In this document: in pieces, positions 20,054-30,200 of the stretch
How the letters are laid out: every line of letters begins with the position of its first letter
Numbering within the stretch: the first letter of the stretch is position 1
NCBI GenBank assembly: GCA_043803405.1
Contig: JAZDKB010000047.1
Coordinates: forward strand, 1-64,000
Reading direction: 5' to 3'
DNA length: 64,000 nt
DNA from: Spirochaetota bacterium
GTDB lineage: Bacteria > Spirochaetota > UBA4802 > JAFGDQ01
Notes under the pieces: generated by a model
What the model was told of the DNA's origin: nothing
Databases searched by the model: none
The model's input: only the letters and a program-made list of their open reading frames with translations
Translations under genes and position numbers: made by a program

Positions 20054-20237
20054 CTAAAATAACCTTTCAGTGCTACTGTATAATCCATAATAATCCTTCT
20101 TAATGATTCTAATGTATTTTAAACTATTCGGTTAATCAATTCAAATATTCTTGACTTTTGGAATTTTAAATTAATGTTCCTAACTGTATTACTTTATATT
20201 TTTTAAATAATATTAGTATTTGCTATCAAAGCATTAT

Positions 20238-21143
20238 ATGAAAACATCACAATATAAGCATATTCTGATTATTGCCGATATTGAAGGGAGTTCCGGCTGC
20301 TGGACCTACGAGGCGTCAAGATTTCGAACGCGGGAATGGGCGTTTGCGTGTCGAATGATGAGCGAGGATATTGCCGCAGTAGCAAAAGCGCTTTTTGAAT
20401 GCGGTGTTGAACGTGTTACCATAAAGGACTTTCACAGAACGGGCTTTAATATTCTGCCCGAAATGATAGATCCGCGCGCGCGGCTTGTTTCAGGCTACAT
20501 TAAAGGCCCGGTGCCGGGCATTGGAGATCCCGAAGGAGCGGACGCCGCGATGTTCATAGGTATGCACGCTGCATCCGGGACAGGCGGATTTCTCGCACAT
20601 ACGCTCACCTCGCGCATCACGAGCCTCGAAGTTAACGGAGAGCCTGTAACTGAACTCGAATTGTTCGCTTCGTCGCTTGCCCCGTACGGTTTAACACCGA
20701 TATTTTTCTCGGGCTGCCCGGTTGCATGTGATCAGGCGCGAAAAGTAGTCAAGAATATCATTACACATCAAATCGATAAAACAAAAAAACGAGATAATTT
20801 CAATGCTGCGGCCTGGCGTGTATCCCTTGCAAAAAAAGCAGCTGGGTCTCTTACAAACAGATTGTGCAGGTTCAGTGCTCCTGTCGGCCCTTTCCGCGTT
20901 ACTGTAAGTATGCGCGATGGCGAAAAGATTGCCAAGAAGCTGTCGAAGAGATGGGGAATGCGCAATTCAGGAAGCGACATTCTGTTCGAGGCCGGAGATA
21001 TGCACACAGTCTATATGCAGCTTATAAGGATATGCTATCTTACTCCTCTCATTGAAAAATATTCGGGTGCCGGCCTTTTTCTTTATAATATATACGGCCG
21101 CATTGGTCGCGTATACGTACGCCGGATATTAAAACAGACTTGA
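20238..21143 (+). CDS. M55 family metallopeptidase (DppA-like D-aminopeptidase)
   Basis: IADIEG, IKDFH, FIGMHA, FLAHT, VTELE metal-ligand pattern. Confidence 0.85.
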   Translation: MKTSQYKHILIIADIEGSSGCWTYEASRFRTREWAFACRMMSEDIAAVAKALFECGVERVTIKDFHRTGFNILPEMIDPRARLVSGYIKGPVPGIGDPEGADAAMFIGMHAASGTGGFLAHTLTSRITSLEVNGEPVTELELFASSLAPYGLTPIFFSGCPVACDQARKVVKNIITHQIDKTKKRDNFNAAAWRVSLAKKAAGSLTNRLCRFSAPVGPFRVTVSMRDGEKIAKKLSKRWGMRNSGSDILFEAGDMHTVYMQLIRICYLTPLIEKYSGAGLFLYNIYGRIGRVYVRRILKQT

Positions 21144-21290
21144 GTTGATTATCATATATTATATTTTGAATGCTTTTATAATTTGAATATTAGGTTGCAG
21201 GATAAATAAAAAAGTTAAGCACAAAAGGCGCTGCATGGCTTAAGGTTACACGCTTTAATTGCATGTGAACGGATAGGCTGCGCTATACTA

Positions 21291-23711
21291 TTATTCAACG
21301 AATTCGTACGGTCCCCGGTCGACTTCGCTTCCCAAACGTCTCTCATTCCCATCCAAATCTGTGAAAGCGCCTGTTATGCTAAGATCATCGGTTGTAATGC
21401 TGTTGCTGTTTAAATCGACATTTATTGGATAGGTACCGGTTTCCTTATAGGCAGCAGGGTCTCCTGTATTTGTCGCTGGTCCTGATGAACCGAGATGAAG
21501 GTCGAAGCCTGATTCATTAATAAATTGCGGATCACTGTCGTTTGATGAATTGCCGCTGAAATTAATCTCAGTTGAATCGGTTAAATTTCCGGGAGTTCCG
21601 GTTGCGTAAACAATGGAATTATGAACGAGATGCTGGCCAGTAAATAAACTATTTGTTTCATATATCTGGTATTCGCCATTTATATTTGAACCTGTTGATC
21701 CGTTACGCAGGTTTTTCCAAAGTATGTTGTTGTAAAGATACGTAGTAGTACCAGTGTTTTCGGTATATAACACCAAACCTGACGGAGTTGTCAGTGAGGT
21801 GTCCGCGCTGTCATTTCTGAATAAAAGCGAGTTGATAAGGAAGAAATGATGCGGGTAAGTGCTATACTCCTCATGATAAATTGCTCCACCGAAGTTAAAT
21901 ACTATGCTTGTGATTCGATTTCTGATAAAGGATGAACTTATAATTGCGGTAGTTGGCTCTTGAGGTGGACTTGTCAGGCTGGTTAATAAATAAATTGCGG
22001 AGCCTCCATTGCCTGCTGAATTATTGTCAAATATTGAGTTGCTGACAAGCGTTGCTATTGTATTGTCGGTTATGTAATTGCAAATAGCGCCTCCAAAGAC
22101 AGAGGCCGAATTGTTCCGGAAGGTGCATCCTATCACAGTAGTTTTTTTTCCGCCGTATATATAAATTGCCGCGCCGCCTTGCGCGGAATTATCCGTAAAG
22201 CTACAGTTAGTATAAACTTCTCTTAACGAATTATTATAGCTGTAAACGCACCCGCCATTAGTAGTAGCTACACTGTCCACAAATGTGCATCCGGTGAATA
22301 ATAATTCGAAATTACCGGAAGCATAACAAGTCCCGCCCCAATTGCTGGAACTCTTTGAGAATGTGCAGTTAGTATATTCCTCTTTAACTGCATAGTTTGA
22401 ATAAGTTACCCCTCCGGCGTTGACTGCGTTTGAATGGCTGAATAAACAGTTCTGAAATAAAAGATAATTTACCGAACTTGACCGCACTGCGCCTCCCTGA
22501 TCATTTGCATAATTATGATCAAAAGTACAATCAACAAAGGATTCCGGGAACACAGTAGTAAAAGAAAAGACCGCGCCACCGTCACTGGCAGAATTATATT
22601 TAAAGAATGAATTCCTGAATATTGACCTTGATGAGGCTTCGTATACCCCGCCGCCGGATAACGCGTTATTCTGCCTTATGACGCAGTATTCTATAGTTGG
22701 AGAGGCACTGGCATTGTTTATCGCTCCCCCTGAATATGTCGCGGACGCCCCGCCTGTTATAGTGATCCCATTCAGGACAGCCGAATTATCAAGGATAATG
22801 CCGGAATTGTTTATTACGCACTGTGCGTTATCGCCTGCGGATATCCTGTAGCCGTTTGCTGTAGTTGCGGCTGCACCGCTCCCGTCTGGCTGCGTGTTAA
22901 ACGTATCGTCATTATCAAGGTCGCCGTCAAAGATCGTCTCGTTTGCAAACTCCCATGCTTCTGCAGTGCCGTTGCTGTCCCTGTCCGATTTTGCCCTGCC
23001 TGCAGGCGCTGTTTCTGTTCCTGCGAATCCGCCGTAAATCTGTACATAAGGCCTCATGCAGAAATGACGTTCTGTATCCAGTGTTCCAGATATATTTGGC
23101 CATCCGTTGATCGTATCAGTTGAGGGTATATAGCGTCCTGCCATTATCCATACATAGACAACGGCATTGCCGTTGGCAATAGAACAGGCGCGCGCATCTT
23201 CGATCGCTTCCTGCGGTTCATTGTATGCTGCGTAGTCGAACCAGCCCCCGCCGCTGCCGGATGTACCAGTAGGAGATACGAAGAATATTCCATAAGCCCC
23301 GTTCTGAATAACGCCCGCGCTCTCGCTACTTCCTTTGACTGTGCGGATAGTGAAAGTATATACGTCGCCGATTGTCACGGAAGTAAGTGTGTACGTACCG
23401 GTACCTGTGCCTGTACTTGCTAAGTATGAATCGCCGGTAGCTGCTCCTGAATACGAAACATGAATCTGATCGTAATCGCCTGCTGGTTCTGTCCATTCAA
23501 GTGTTATTTGGCTTGGTACTATGGTTGATATCACATTCGTAATGGTTACGTCCGGCATTCCGTTACCGGTTATCTCATTTTTCCACAGGTCGTTCTGGTT
23601 ACAGGAAAAGGCAAAAAAGAGAATTATCATGATGAATTTCTTTATGAATAAACTGCCTGCATATTTATTGTGTAAATCTGGTTTATTAAAATACTTTAAG
23701 ATAAAGGACAT
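21291..23711 (-). CDS. Surface lipoprotein with FN3-like domain and right-handed beta-helix (GGA[I/V], FxxN repeats)
   Basis: Lipobox FFAFS-C; ITLEWTEP...YTFTIRTV; about 10 FxxNxAxxGGA[IV] repeats; C-terminal DLDGNERRLGSEVDRGPYE; likely start ATG 23711 with GGAG upstream. Confidence 0.8.
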   Translation of the reverse strand: MSFILKYFNKPDLHNKYAGSLFIKKFIMIILFFAFSCNQNDLWKNEITGNGMPDVTITNVISTIVPSQITLEWTEPAGDYDQIHVSYSGAATGDSYLASTGTGTGTYTLTSVTIGDVYTFTIRTVKGSSESAGVIQNGAYGIFFVSPTGTSGSGGGWFDYAAYNEPQEAIEDARACSIANGNAVVYVWIMAGRYIPSTDTINGWPNISGTLDTERHFCMRPYVQIYGGFAGTETAPAGRAKSDRDSNGTAEAWEFANETIFDGDLDNDDTFNTQPDGSGAAATTANGYRISAGDNAQCVINNSGIILDNSAVLNGITITGGASATYSGGAINNASASPTIEYCVIRQNNALSGGGVYEASSRSIFRNSFFKYNSASDGGAVFSFTTVFPESFVDCTFDHNYANDQGGAVRSSSVNYLLFQNCLFSHSNAVNAGGVTYSNYAVKEEYTNCTFSKSSSNWGGTCYASGNFELLFTGCTFVDSVATTNGGCVYSYNNSLREVYTNCSFTDNSAQGGAAIYIYGGKKTTVIGCTFRNNSASVFGGAICNYITDNTIATLVSNSIFDNNSAGNGGSAIYLLTSLTSPPQEPTTAIISSSFIRNRITSIVFNFGGAIYHEEYSTYPHHFFLINSLLFRNDSADTSLTTPSGLVLYTENTGTTTYLYNNILWKNLRNGSTGSNINGEYQIYETNSLFTGQHLVHNSIVYATGTPGNLTDSTEINFSGNSSNDSDPQFINESGFDLHLGSSGPATNTGDPAAYKETGTYPINVDLNSNSITTDDLSITGAFTDLDGNERRLGSEVDRGPYEFVE

Positions 23712-24038
23712 AAGCAGCTCCGGTAATAAAAAGTAATTTAGTAAATAAACATAATAATTATCGGCTAATTTGCGTACAGTTATTATAACTATCATTGATC
23801 GGACACTGGACAGATATAACAATTATTTCAATAATCAGTCAAGTTTTATAGTTATTCTATTAAAAATTATAGATATTTATTAAATTATTTGCTTGCAAAT
23901 ATCCAAAGCCTGTGTTTATACTGCGGGATTTTGTAAATTCTTGTCTATCAAATACGCAGTTTGAAATAAATCAAATCTGTTTAACTCACATTCCTGCAAA
24001 ATCAAATCTAATAAAAATAATATTTGGAGGTAATTATT

Positions 24039-24515
24039 ATGCCCCAACAAAATCTTGTTTCAGTTGGTTTTTCAGAGGAAGAAGCCGCGACAATAAACGC
24101 GGCGATTCTTTCACTCAAGGAAACGCTTCTTCCTAAACTAAAGACAATCAATGCGGATGAAAAAAAGGACATCCCCAAAATGGGGGATAAGACAGTGGCA
24201 TTCGTGCAAAAGGCTCTTGAACAGTGCGAAGCCAATCCCGAACTTGTCCCTCCGTTTCTTGATGTTAAAGAGTTCAAAGCCGATTTTGCGGCTGTAGAAA
24301 ATCTGCGTCAGATAGCCGCTTCACTTGGGCAGATCATTGATGGATGTCTGGACACAATAACTCTTGCAGGCAGTGATTCTTTTTCAGCTGCGCTTATGTT
24401 CTATGATGCCATCAAGTCGGCTAAAAAGACAAACGTATTAAAAGCGGGCGCGATATATGAAGATCTTTCCACCAGGTTCCCGGGCGCCAGAAAAAAGACA
24501 CCGGTAGCAGTCTAA
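24039..24515 (+). CDS. Uncharacterised all-helical protein (PKMGDKTVAFVQKAL...AGSD...AALMFY type)
   Basis: RBS GGAGG, 158 aa, followed by a terminator and a periodic array. Confidence 0.85.
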   Translation: MPQQNLVSVGFSEEEAATINAAILSLKETLLPKLKTINADEKKDIPKMGDKTVAFVQKALEQCEANPELVPPFLDVKEFKADFAAVENLRQIAASLGQIIDGCLDTITLAGSDSFSAALMFYDAIKSAKKTNVLKAGAIYEDLSTRFPGARKKTPVAV

Positions 24516-24528
24516 AGAGACTCTTACA

Positions 24529-24569
24529 TTGCCCCTGCAGGTGATTTTATACCTTCAGGGGCGACTTTT
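24529..24569 (+). terminator. Rho-independent terminator
   Basis: GCCCCTGCAGGT-GATTTTAT-ACCTTCAGGGGC then GACTTTT. Confidence 0.7.
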
Positions 24570-24613
24570 ACTATTTAAATACACATAAAAAAAATTCAAA
24601 CTGATATGCAAAC

Positions 24614-24908
24614 AGAGGGATTTCCCTGTTTTATATGGAAAACCGGGTCTCAGAGAAAGGAAAGGCTCTCTTCTATATCCGAATCCGGGTCTCCGGAAGG
24701 GAGCATTCCCTGATTTACAGGGAACGCTGATATTCTTAATAGAGAAATTTCCCTGTTTTATAGAGAATGCCGGTTATCCGAGAGAGGAATTTTCCTGTTT
24801 TACAGGGAAATTTGATTCTCTGAGAGGGAGCATTCCCTGTTTTATAGAAGACTTCGACTCTCTGAGAGGGAAAGCCGGCTCTTCGATAGGGAACATCCCC
24901 TGTTTTGT
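24614..24908. repeat. Degenerate 21-bp periodic array (14 units, mostly alternating A/B)
   Basis: Units mostly start AG(A/G)GA; A units AGGGAGCATTCCCTGTTTTAT, B units AGGGAAAGCCGGCTCTTCGAT-like; (C/T)CCTG core at 24624, 24708, 24751, 24793, 24835, 24898. Confidence 0.85.
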
Positions 24909-25163
24909 ACTCACCGTCTATACTCAGTGACTCAAAATCGGGTATATTTTATTCAAGTTCGGTAATCAGAGAAAGAAAAGGCCTCTATTTTACAAGGAAT
25001 TTAAGGTTTTATAACCGGAATTCATTATATTTTAAATTATCTTTCAATATAATTATTTTAGTTGCTATGTAATCAACTAATTTATATATTCTAATTAGCT
25101 TCAGATGATACATATATATAATTTCATCTGTTCATACAGGAGAACAAAATCCTGTCCCATAAT

Positions 25164-26054
25164 ATGAAAAATATTTCCAGAAGAATTGCAGAAGCTGTTC
25201 CGGATGATTTATTTAAGCATTATTCCGGAGAATTCATCGTTCCCGAACTGGAGGAAGCATTCCAGAAGAATGCATGGCTGACCTATAAGAAGACTTCCCA
25301 GATCAGTTTGCTGTTTGGCGGGATTGTTCTAATATTCTTCGGGATCCTGGATTTTCTAACACAGAAAGACAAATGGCAGCTTCTGGAATTGATAGCCGTG
25401 CGCTGGATTAGCGGCATATTTCTTATTCTTTCATATATGTACATCCGCAAAGCCAAAGCTTATTTTGACGGTTTTCATATATTATCTTTTACTAATACTA
25501 TTGTTGCTGCCGCTGCCATAATATTATTAGGCATTATGTTAAAACTTTCTTTCATTCAGAATATCTTACACGGATTCCTGTTAACGCTTGTCTTTTACCA
25601 GTTTGTTCATAATCGTTTCAAATATATTATTTTCGGATGCGCTTTTTACCCGGCTGTATTACTGGTTTTCTATTTATATACTAACCAGATCGATTCCGTT
25701 AACCTGGTACGTTTTATCCTGTATTTCAGTTCTGCCAACGCTCTAGGCGTTTTAATTCTTCGTTCCGTGAACAGGATACAGCGGACAAATTATATGAATC
25801 ACATAAAAAAAGAATCACTGAACGAAGAGCTCAAAAATGCGATTGATAAACTTATCAAAACGCGGCAGGAGGTTAAGGTGCTGCAGGGGCTCATCCCCAT
25901 TTGCGCAAGATGCAAAAAGATACGCGACGACAAAGGGTCATGGAATCATCTGGAAGCTTATATACAGCGCCATTCGGAAGCAAAATTCAGCCATGGCATT
26001 TGTCCCGAATGCGCCAATCAGCTCTACCCGGAAATGCAATTGTTTGATAAATAA
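25164..26054 (+). CDS. Multi-TM sensor-like protein with coiled coil and C-terminal Cys/His metal-binding domain
   Basis: About 6 TM; C-terminal GLIPICARCKKIRDDKGSWNHLEAYI...FSHGICPEC, a domain I recall from deltaproteobacterial response regulators. Confidence 0.8.
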   Translation: MKNISRRIAEAVPDDLFKHYSGEFIVPELEEAFQKNAWLTYKKTSQISLLFGGIVLIFFGILDFLTQKDKWQLLELIAVRWISGIFLILSYMYIRKAKAYFDGFHILSFTNTIVAAAAIILLGIMLKLSFIQNILHGFLLTLVFYQFVHNRFKYIIFGCAFYPAVLLVFYLYTNQIDSVNLVRFILYFSSANALGVLILRSVNRIQRTNYMNHIKKESLNEELKNAIDKLIKTRQEVKVLQGLIPICARCKKIRDDKGSWNHLEAYIQRHSEAKFSHGICPECANQLYPEMQLFDK

Positions 26055-26250
26055 GGCAGGATAATATTTTACAATACATGAATTGTAAAGCGCGTTCTCT
26101 GCAGATGAATTTGCGAAGATATTCAATTGTAAAAGCCGGCGTGCAATGCGCGGCATTTGCTGCTTTGAAGATGAATAGCGGTTCTTATTTCAAGGCGTAA
26201 TATCCCGACGCTTGCGTCAAGGATGTAAGCCAATCGGTTTGCGGGGAATT

Positions 26251-26694
26251 TTATTTCTCTCCGAGCATTTCAATATCGGCTAAATCTTTAAATCTTCCGA
26301 GCTTCTTCTTGTTTTTAATATAGACATCCTTTCCAATGAAATATACTTTGTTTTTCCCCAGTTCTCCGGCGATTTTGCTGTTCCAGACTTCTTCTTTTGT
26401 TACACCGTCAAGGACAGTAAGTAAATCTATACGCACGGGAGCATAGCCGAGCTGTATTACATTACCGGATATAATATCCTGCAAAGTTAAATTCAGGGAT
26501 GAAAAACCGAATTCTTTAATTGCGGATAAAACATTTTTGGCGTTTTTCTTTTCAGGCTTTATCCAGATGTCGATATCGCCTGTTGCCCTGGGCTGGCCGT
26601 AGAAGAACAAGGCAAAGGAACCGACAATGACGTATTCGACTTTGTGTTTATTCAATAAAGAAATAAAATCATCAAAATCAACGTGAATTTTCAT
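26251..26694 (-). CDS. Pol-beta superfamily nucleotidyltransferase
   Basis: VIVGSFALFFYGQPRATGDIDIW and GRFKDLADIE. Confidence 0.85.
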   Translation of the reverse strand: MKIHVDFDDFISLLNKHKVEYVIVGSFALFFYGQPRATGDIDIWIKPEKKNAKNVLSAIKEFGFSSLNLTLQDIISGNVIQLGYAPVRIDLLTVLDGVTKEEVWNSKIAGELGKNKVYFIGKDVYIKNKKKLGRFKDLADIEMLGEK

Positions 26695-26884
26695 AGCGAG
26701 TCCTTATGGTGATTGCTTTTTCTATTCTTGGTAATTCGGTATGGCCGCTGATTATATAAAAGTGATTGCGAAGTTCTTCTGCTGCGTTAAAACGTTCTTC
26801 CGGTGTTTTTGACTGCCAGTATGCAAGCTCGTCCGTGCTTTTATCTCTCGGCACTATTTTTATATGCAGGTTTCGCTTTTTCAT
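26678..26884 (-). CDS. Small partner protein of the nucleotidyltransferase
   Basis: 68 aa, YWQSKTPEERF motif; 17-bp overlap with the downstream NTase. Confidence 0.7.
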   Translation of the reverse strand: MKKRNLHIKIVPRDKSTDELAYWQSKTPEERFNAAEELRNHFYIISGHTELPRIEKAITIRTRYENSR

Positions 26885-27013
26885 GTGTTAATTGTTTCAG
26901 CTTTATTAATAAAATCAATAAGAAAAATATAAAAGACGGCCTTTATTCCTTCGGCTCCCTAATCCCGTGCGAAGCCTCCCATTGAGACGAAGAGCAGGGC
27001 TGCCTTATGCTAA

Positions 27014-27154
27014 GACCCCTAACCCCAGCCCCTTCCCCCTTAATAAGGGAGGAAGGGGTGGAAAACGAATTAATTTCGGTATTATCGGATTAATTCCATT
27101 AGTTCACCCCCTTTCCCCTAACCAAGGGGAAAGGGGGATGGGGGAATAGGGGTC
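27014..27154. repeat. C/G-rich cruciform REP-like element
   Basis: Outer GACCCCTA/TAGGGGTC enclosing hairpins CCCCTTCCCCCTT-AAT-AAGGGAGGAAGGGG and CCCCCTTTCCCCT-AACCA-AGGGGAAAGGGGG. Confidence 0.75.
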
Positions 27155-27256
27155 AAAAGCGCTATGAAAAATTAGCGTGAGGCAGCCGAAGCGATCCTGG
27201 GGATTCCCCAATTAAAATCTTGACAAACCCTGCGTATTGATAAATTTGCAGTCTCA

Positions 27257-30200
27257 ATGATCCTGAACCAAGTCACACATATATTCGAGAAATCGAAAGA
27301 AGCAGCAGAGCTGTTCCGCGATATTAAAGGAGGGAAAAAGATCTCGGTTGAAGGCATAACCGAGTCCTCGTTTTCGCTCATTATATCCGCGGTATATGAC
27401 AGGCATCCTGAACAGATGCTCGTAGTTGCAAAGAACCCGCAGACAATGCAGGAGGTGTATCTTGACCTGTCCTGCTTTATTGATCCCGATAAAGTCGTAA
27501 TGCTCCCTCCGTGGGAAACACTGCCGTACGAATTCGTATCGCCGTCGGAAAGGGTTGAGCGCGAGCGCATAGCCGCTATCTACAAAATACTGAAAGGCGA
27601 CCCGCTTGTTGTTGTAACAACTGTCGAGTCCCTCATCCGCGCGGTACCCTGCAAAGACTTTCTGCTGAAAAAAGGCGTAACCCTGAATACGGGCGAGGAA
27701 TACCCGTTCGACGACATACTGGAGCTCCTTGTAAGCTACGGGTACTCGCGCGAGTACAAAGTGGAATCATTCGGCCAGTTCTCGCAGAAAGGCGGGATCA
27801 TAGACGTATTTTTGTCATCATACCAGAATCCGCTGCGACTGGATTTCTTCGGCGATACGCTGGAGTCCATAAGAGAGTTCGACGCGGAGAACCAGATATC
27901 GTATTCGAAGTTTGAGTCGGCTGTAATTTACCCGCGCAAAGAGCTTATTCTGTTTAAAAGCGAAAGGGAAATCCTGCTTAAAAATCTTATTGAACAGAAA
28001 ATGAAGAAGCAGGAGATACCTGACAAAGTGATCGAGTATCTTGAGAAAGGCGACCACCTTGCGGAGATATCCGGCGTGGAGGATATTTTCCCGCTCGCGA
28101 TACAAGCAGATACTCTTCTGTCGTATTTCAATAAAAAGCGCAAAATATTTTTCATAGAAACACTCGACCTCTCGATTGAGAAGGACCGCCTTGAACATAC
28201 CTTCAGGGAGCTTTATAAAAGAAAGTCCGCAGGCATTTTCGCGCTTCCGCCGGAAACGCTTTTGCACACAGAAGCGTTTAGCGCTGCAAGGGATGAGTCG
28301 ATCGAACTTCGCGTGTTCACCACCTCCGCGGATTCGCTAAGGCTGGATATACACGGCATACCCGGCTTTCACGGGAAAGTAAAAACCGTTCGCGAGGAAT
28401 TATCCAGTAAAATTGAAAATAAATGGAAGATAATTATCTGCACGCAATTCGAAGGACAGGCAAGGAGGCTTTACGACCTTTTCAGCGAATTCGATCCGAA
28501 CAGCCATTTCGAAAACATGTCTCCGGATAATTCCCTGAACATTTTAATTGCTCCGCTTAAGGCCGGCTTCGAGATCGAATCTTTAAAATTGCTTGTCCTG
28601 ACTGACCACGATATATTCGGAAAGGCATACAGAAAAAAGAAGCAGTTCAAGCGAAAGTCCTCCAAGCCTATAGAATCTTTCCTTGACCTTAAAGCCGGCG
28701 ATTATGTTGTGCACCTGAATCACGGCATAGGCATATTCAAAGGCATAGAGAGAATGTCCGCAGGCGGAGTTGAGCGGGACTTTCTGATAATCAATTACGC
28801 GGACAATGACAAGCTGTACGTATCACTTGACCAGATAAATATGGTGCAGAGATACGTTGGCCTGGACGGCAAAACGCCGCGCATAGACTCGCTCGGCAAA
28901 AAGTCGGCATGGAACAGGATACGCGACAAGGTAAAGGAATCGGTAGAAGAGATCGCAAAAGACCTTATAGAAATATACTCGAAAAGGCAGGCTTTGCGCG
29001 GATTCCCGTTCCCGCCCGACACCCTGTGGCAGGAGGAATTCGAGTCAAAGTTCGAATACGAAGAGACGCAGGACCAGATCACGGCCATCGAAGACGTAAA
29101 GGACGACATGGAGTCGCAGCTCCCCATGGAGCGTCTTATTTGCGGCGATGTTGGCTTCGGAAAGACCGAGGTCGCGATACGGGCAGCGTTCAAAGCTGTA
29201 ATGGCCGGGAAGCAGGTAGCAATTCTGGTGCCTACTACAGTTCTTGCGATGCAGCATTTTTCCACATTCAAAAAGCGTTTTATAGATTATCCCGTAAATA
29301 TAGAACTTATATCCAGGCTGCGTACAAGGACAGAGATAAATAAATCCAAGGCAAAAATGAAAACAGGCGAAGTGGATATTGTAATAGGCACGCACGCGCT
29401 TCTCGCGAAGGACATACTGTTCAAGAATCTCGGCCTGCTAGTAATAGATGAAGAGCAGAGATTCGGGGTTCAGCACAAGGAGCGCTTAAAGAAACTCCGC
29501 ATGCTTGTAGACGTGCTTACGCTCTCCGCTACGCCGATCCCGCGCACTTTGCACATGGCGCTCGCGGGCATACGCGAGCTTTCAATGATAACAACGCCTC
29601 CCGAGAACAGGCAGTCAATAGACACGTACGTGCTGGAGGAAAACCCTGACATTACGCGCATGGCTATATTAACAGAGATAGAGCGCGGGGGACAGGTGTT
29701 CTTTGTGCACAACCGGGTGCAGACGATAGAAGGCGTAGCAGAGAGCCTGCAAAAATTAGTGCCCGAAGCGGCATTCTGCGTGGCGCACGGCCAGATGCAC
29801 GAACACGAACTGGAAGATATCATAATAGAATTCGTGGACGGCAAATACGACTGCATGATCTGCACTTCGATAATAGAATCCGGCCTCGACATGCCTAACG
29901 TGAACACCATAATAATAAACCGGGCGGAGACATTCGGGTTGTCGCAGCTTTACCAGCTGAAGGGCAGGGTAGGCCGGTCGAGCGTAAAGGCATGCGCCTA
30001 TCTCTTTTATCCGCGGCACATACCGCTAACCGAAATACAGCAGAAGCGGCTGCAGGTTATATCCGAGTATTCCGAGATCGGGAGCGGGTTCAAAATAGCG
30101 ATGAAGGACCTCGAGATTCGTGGGTCAGGAAACATTCTCGGGAGGGAGCAGTCTGGGAACATCATGGAAGTCGGGTTCGACCTTTACTGCCAGATGCTGG

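Noticed and set aside
24711..24713. Selenocysteine codon
   Set aside because: The TGA aligns with Cys codons, but the frame also shifts about 30 nt later, there is no clear RBS, and I cannot support a SECIS; simple decay is more economical.
24614..24908. CRISPR array or DGR template/variable repeat
   Set aside because: Units are degenerate 21-mers with differences at all four bases; there is no reverse transcriptase and no adenine-specific repeat pair.
26803..27149. Two 60-aa plus-strand ORFs
   Set aside because: One is antisense to the NTase partner gene; the other is a translation of the G/C cruciform repeat.
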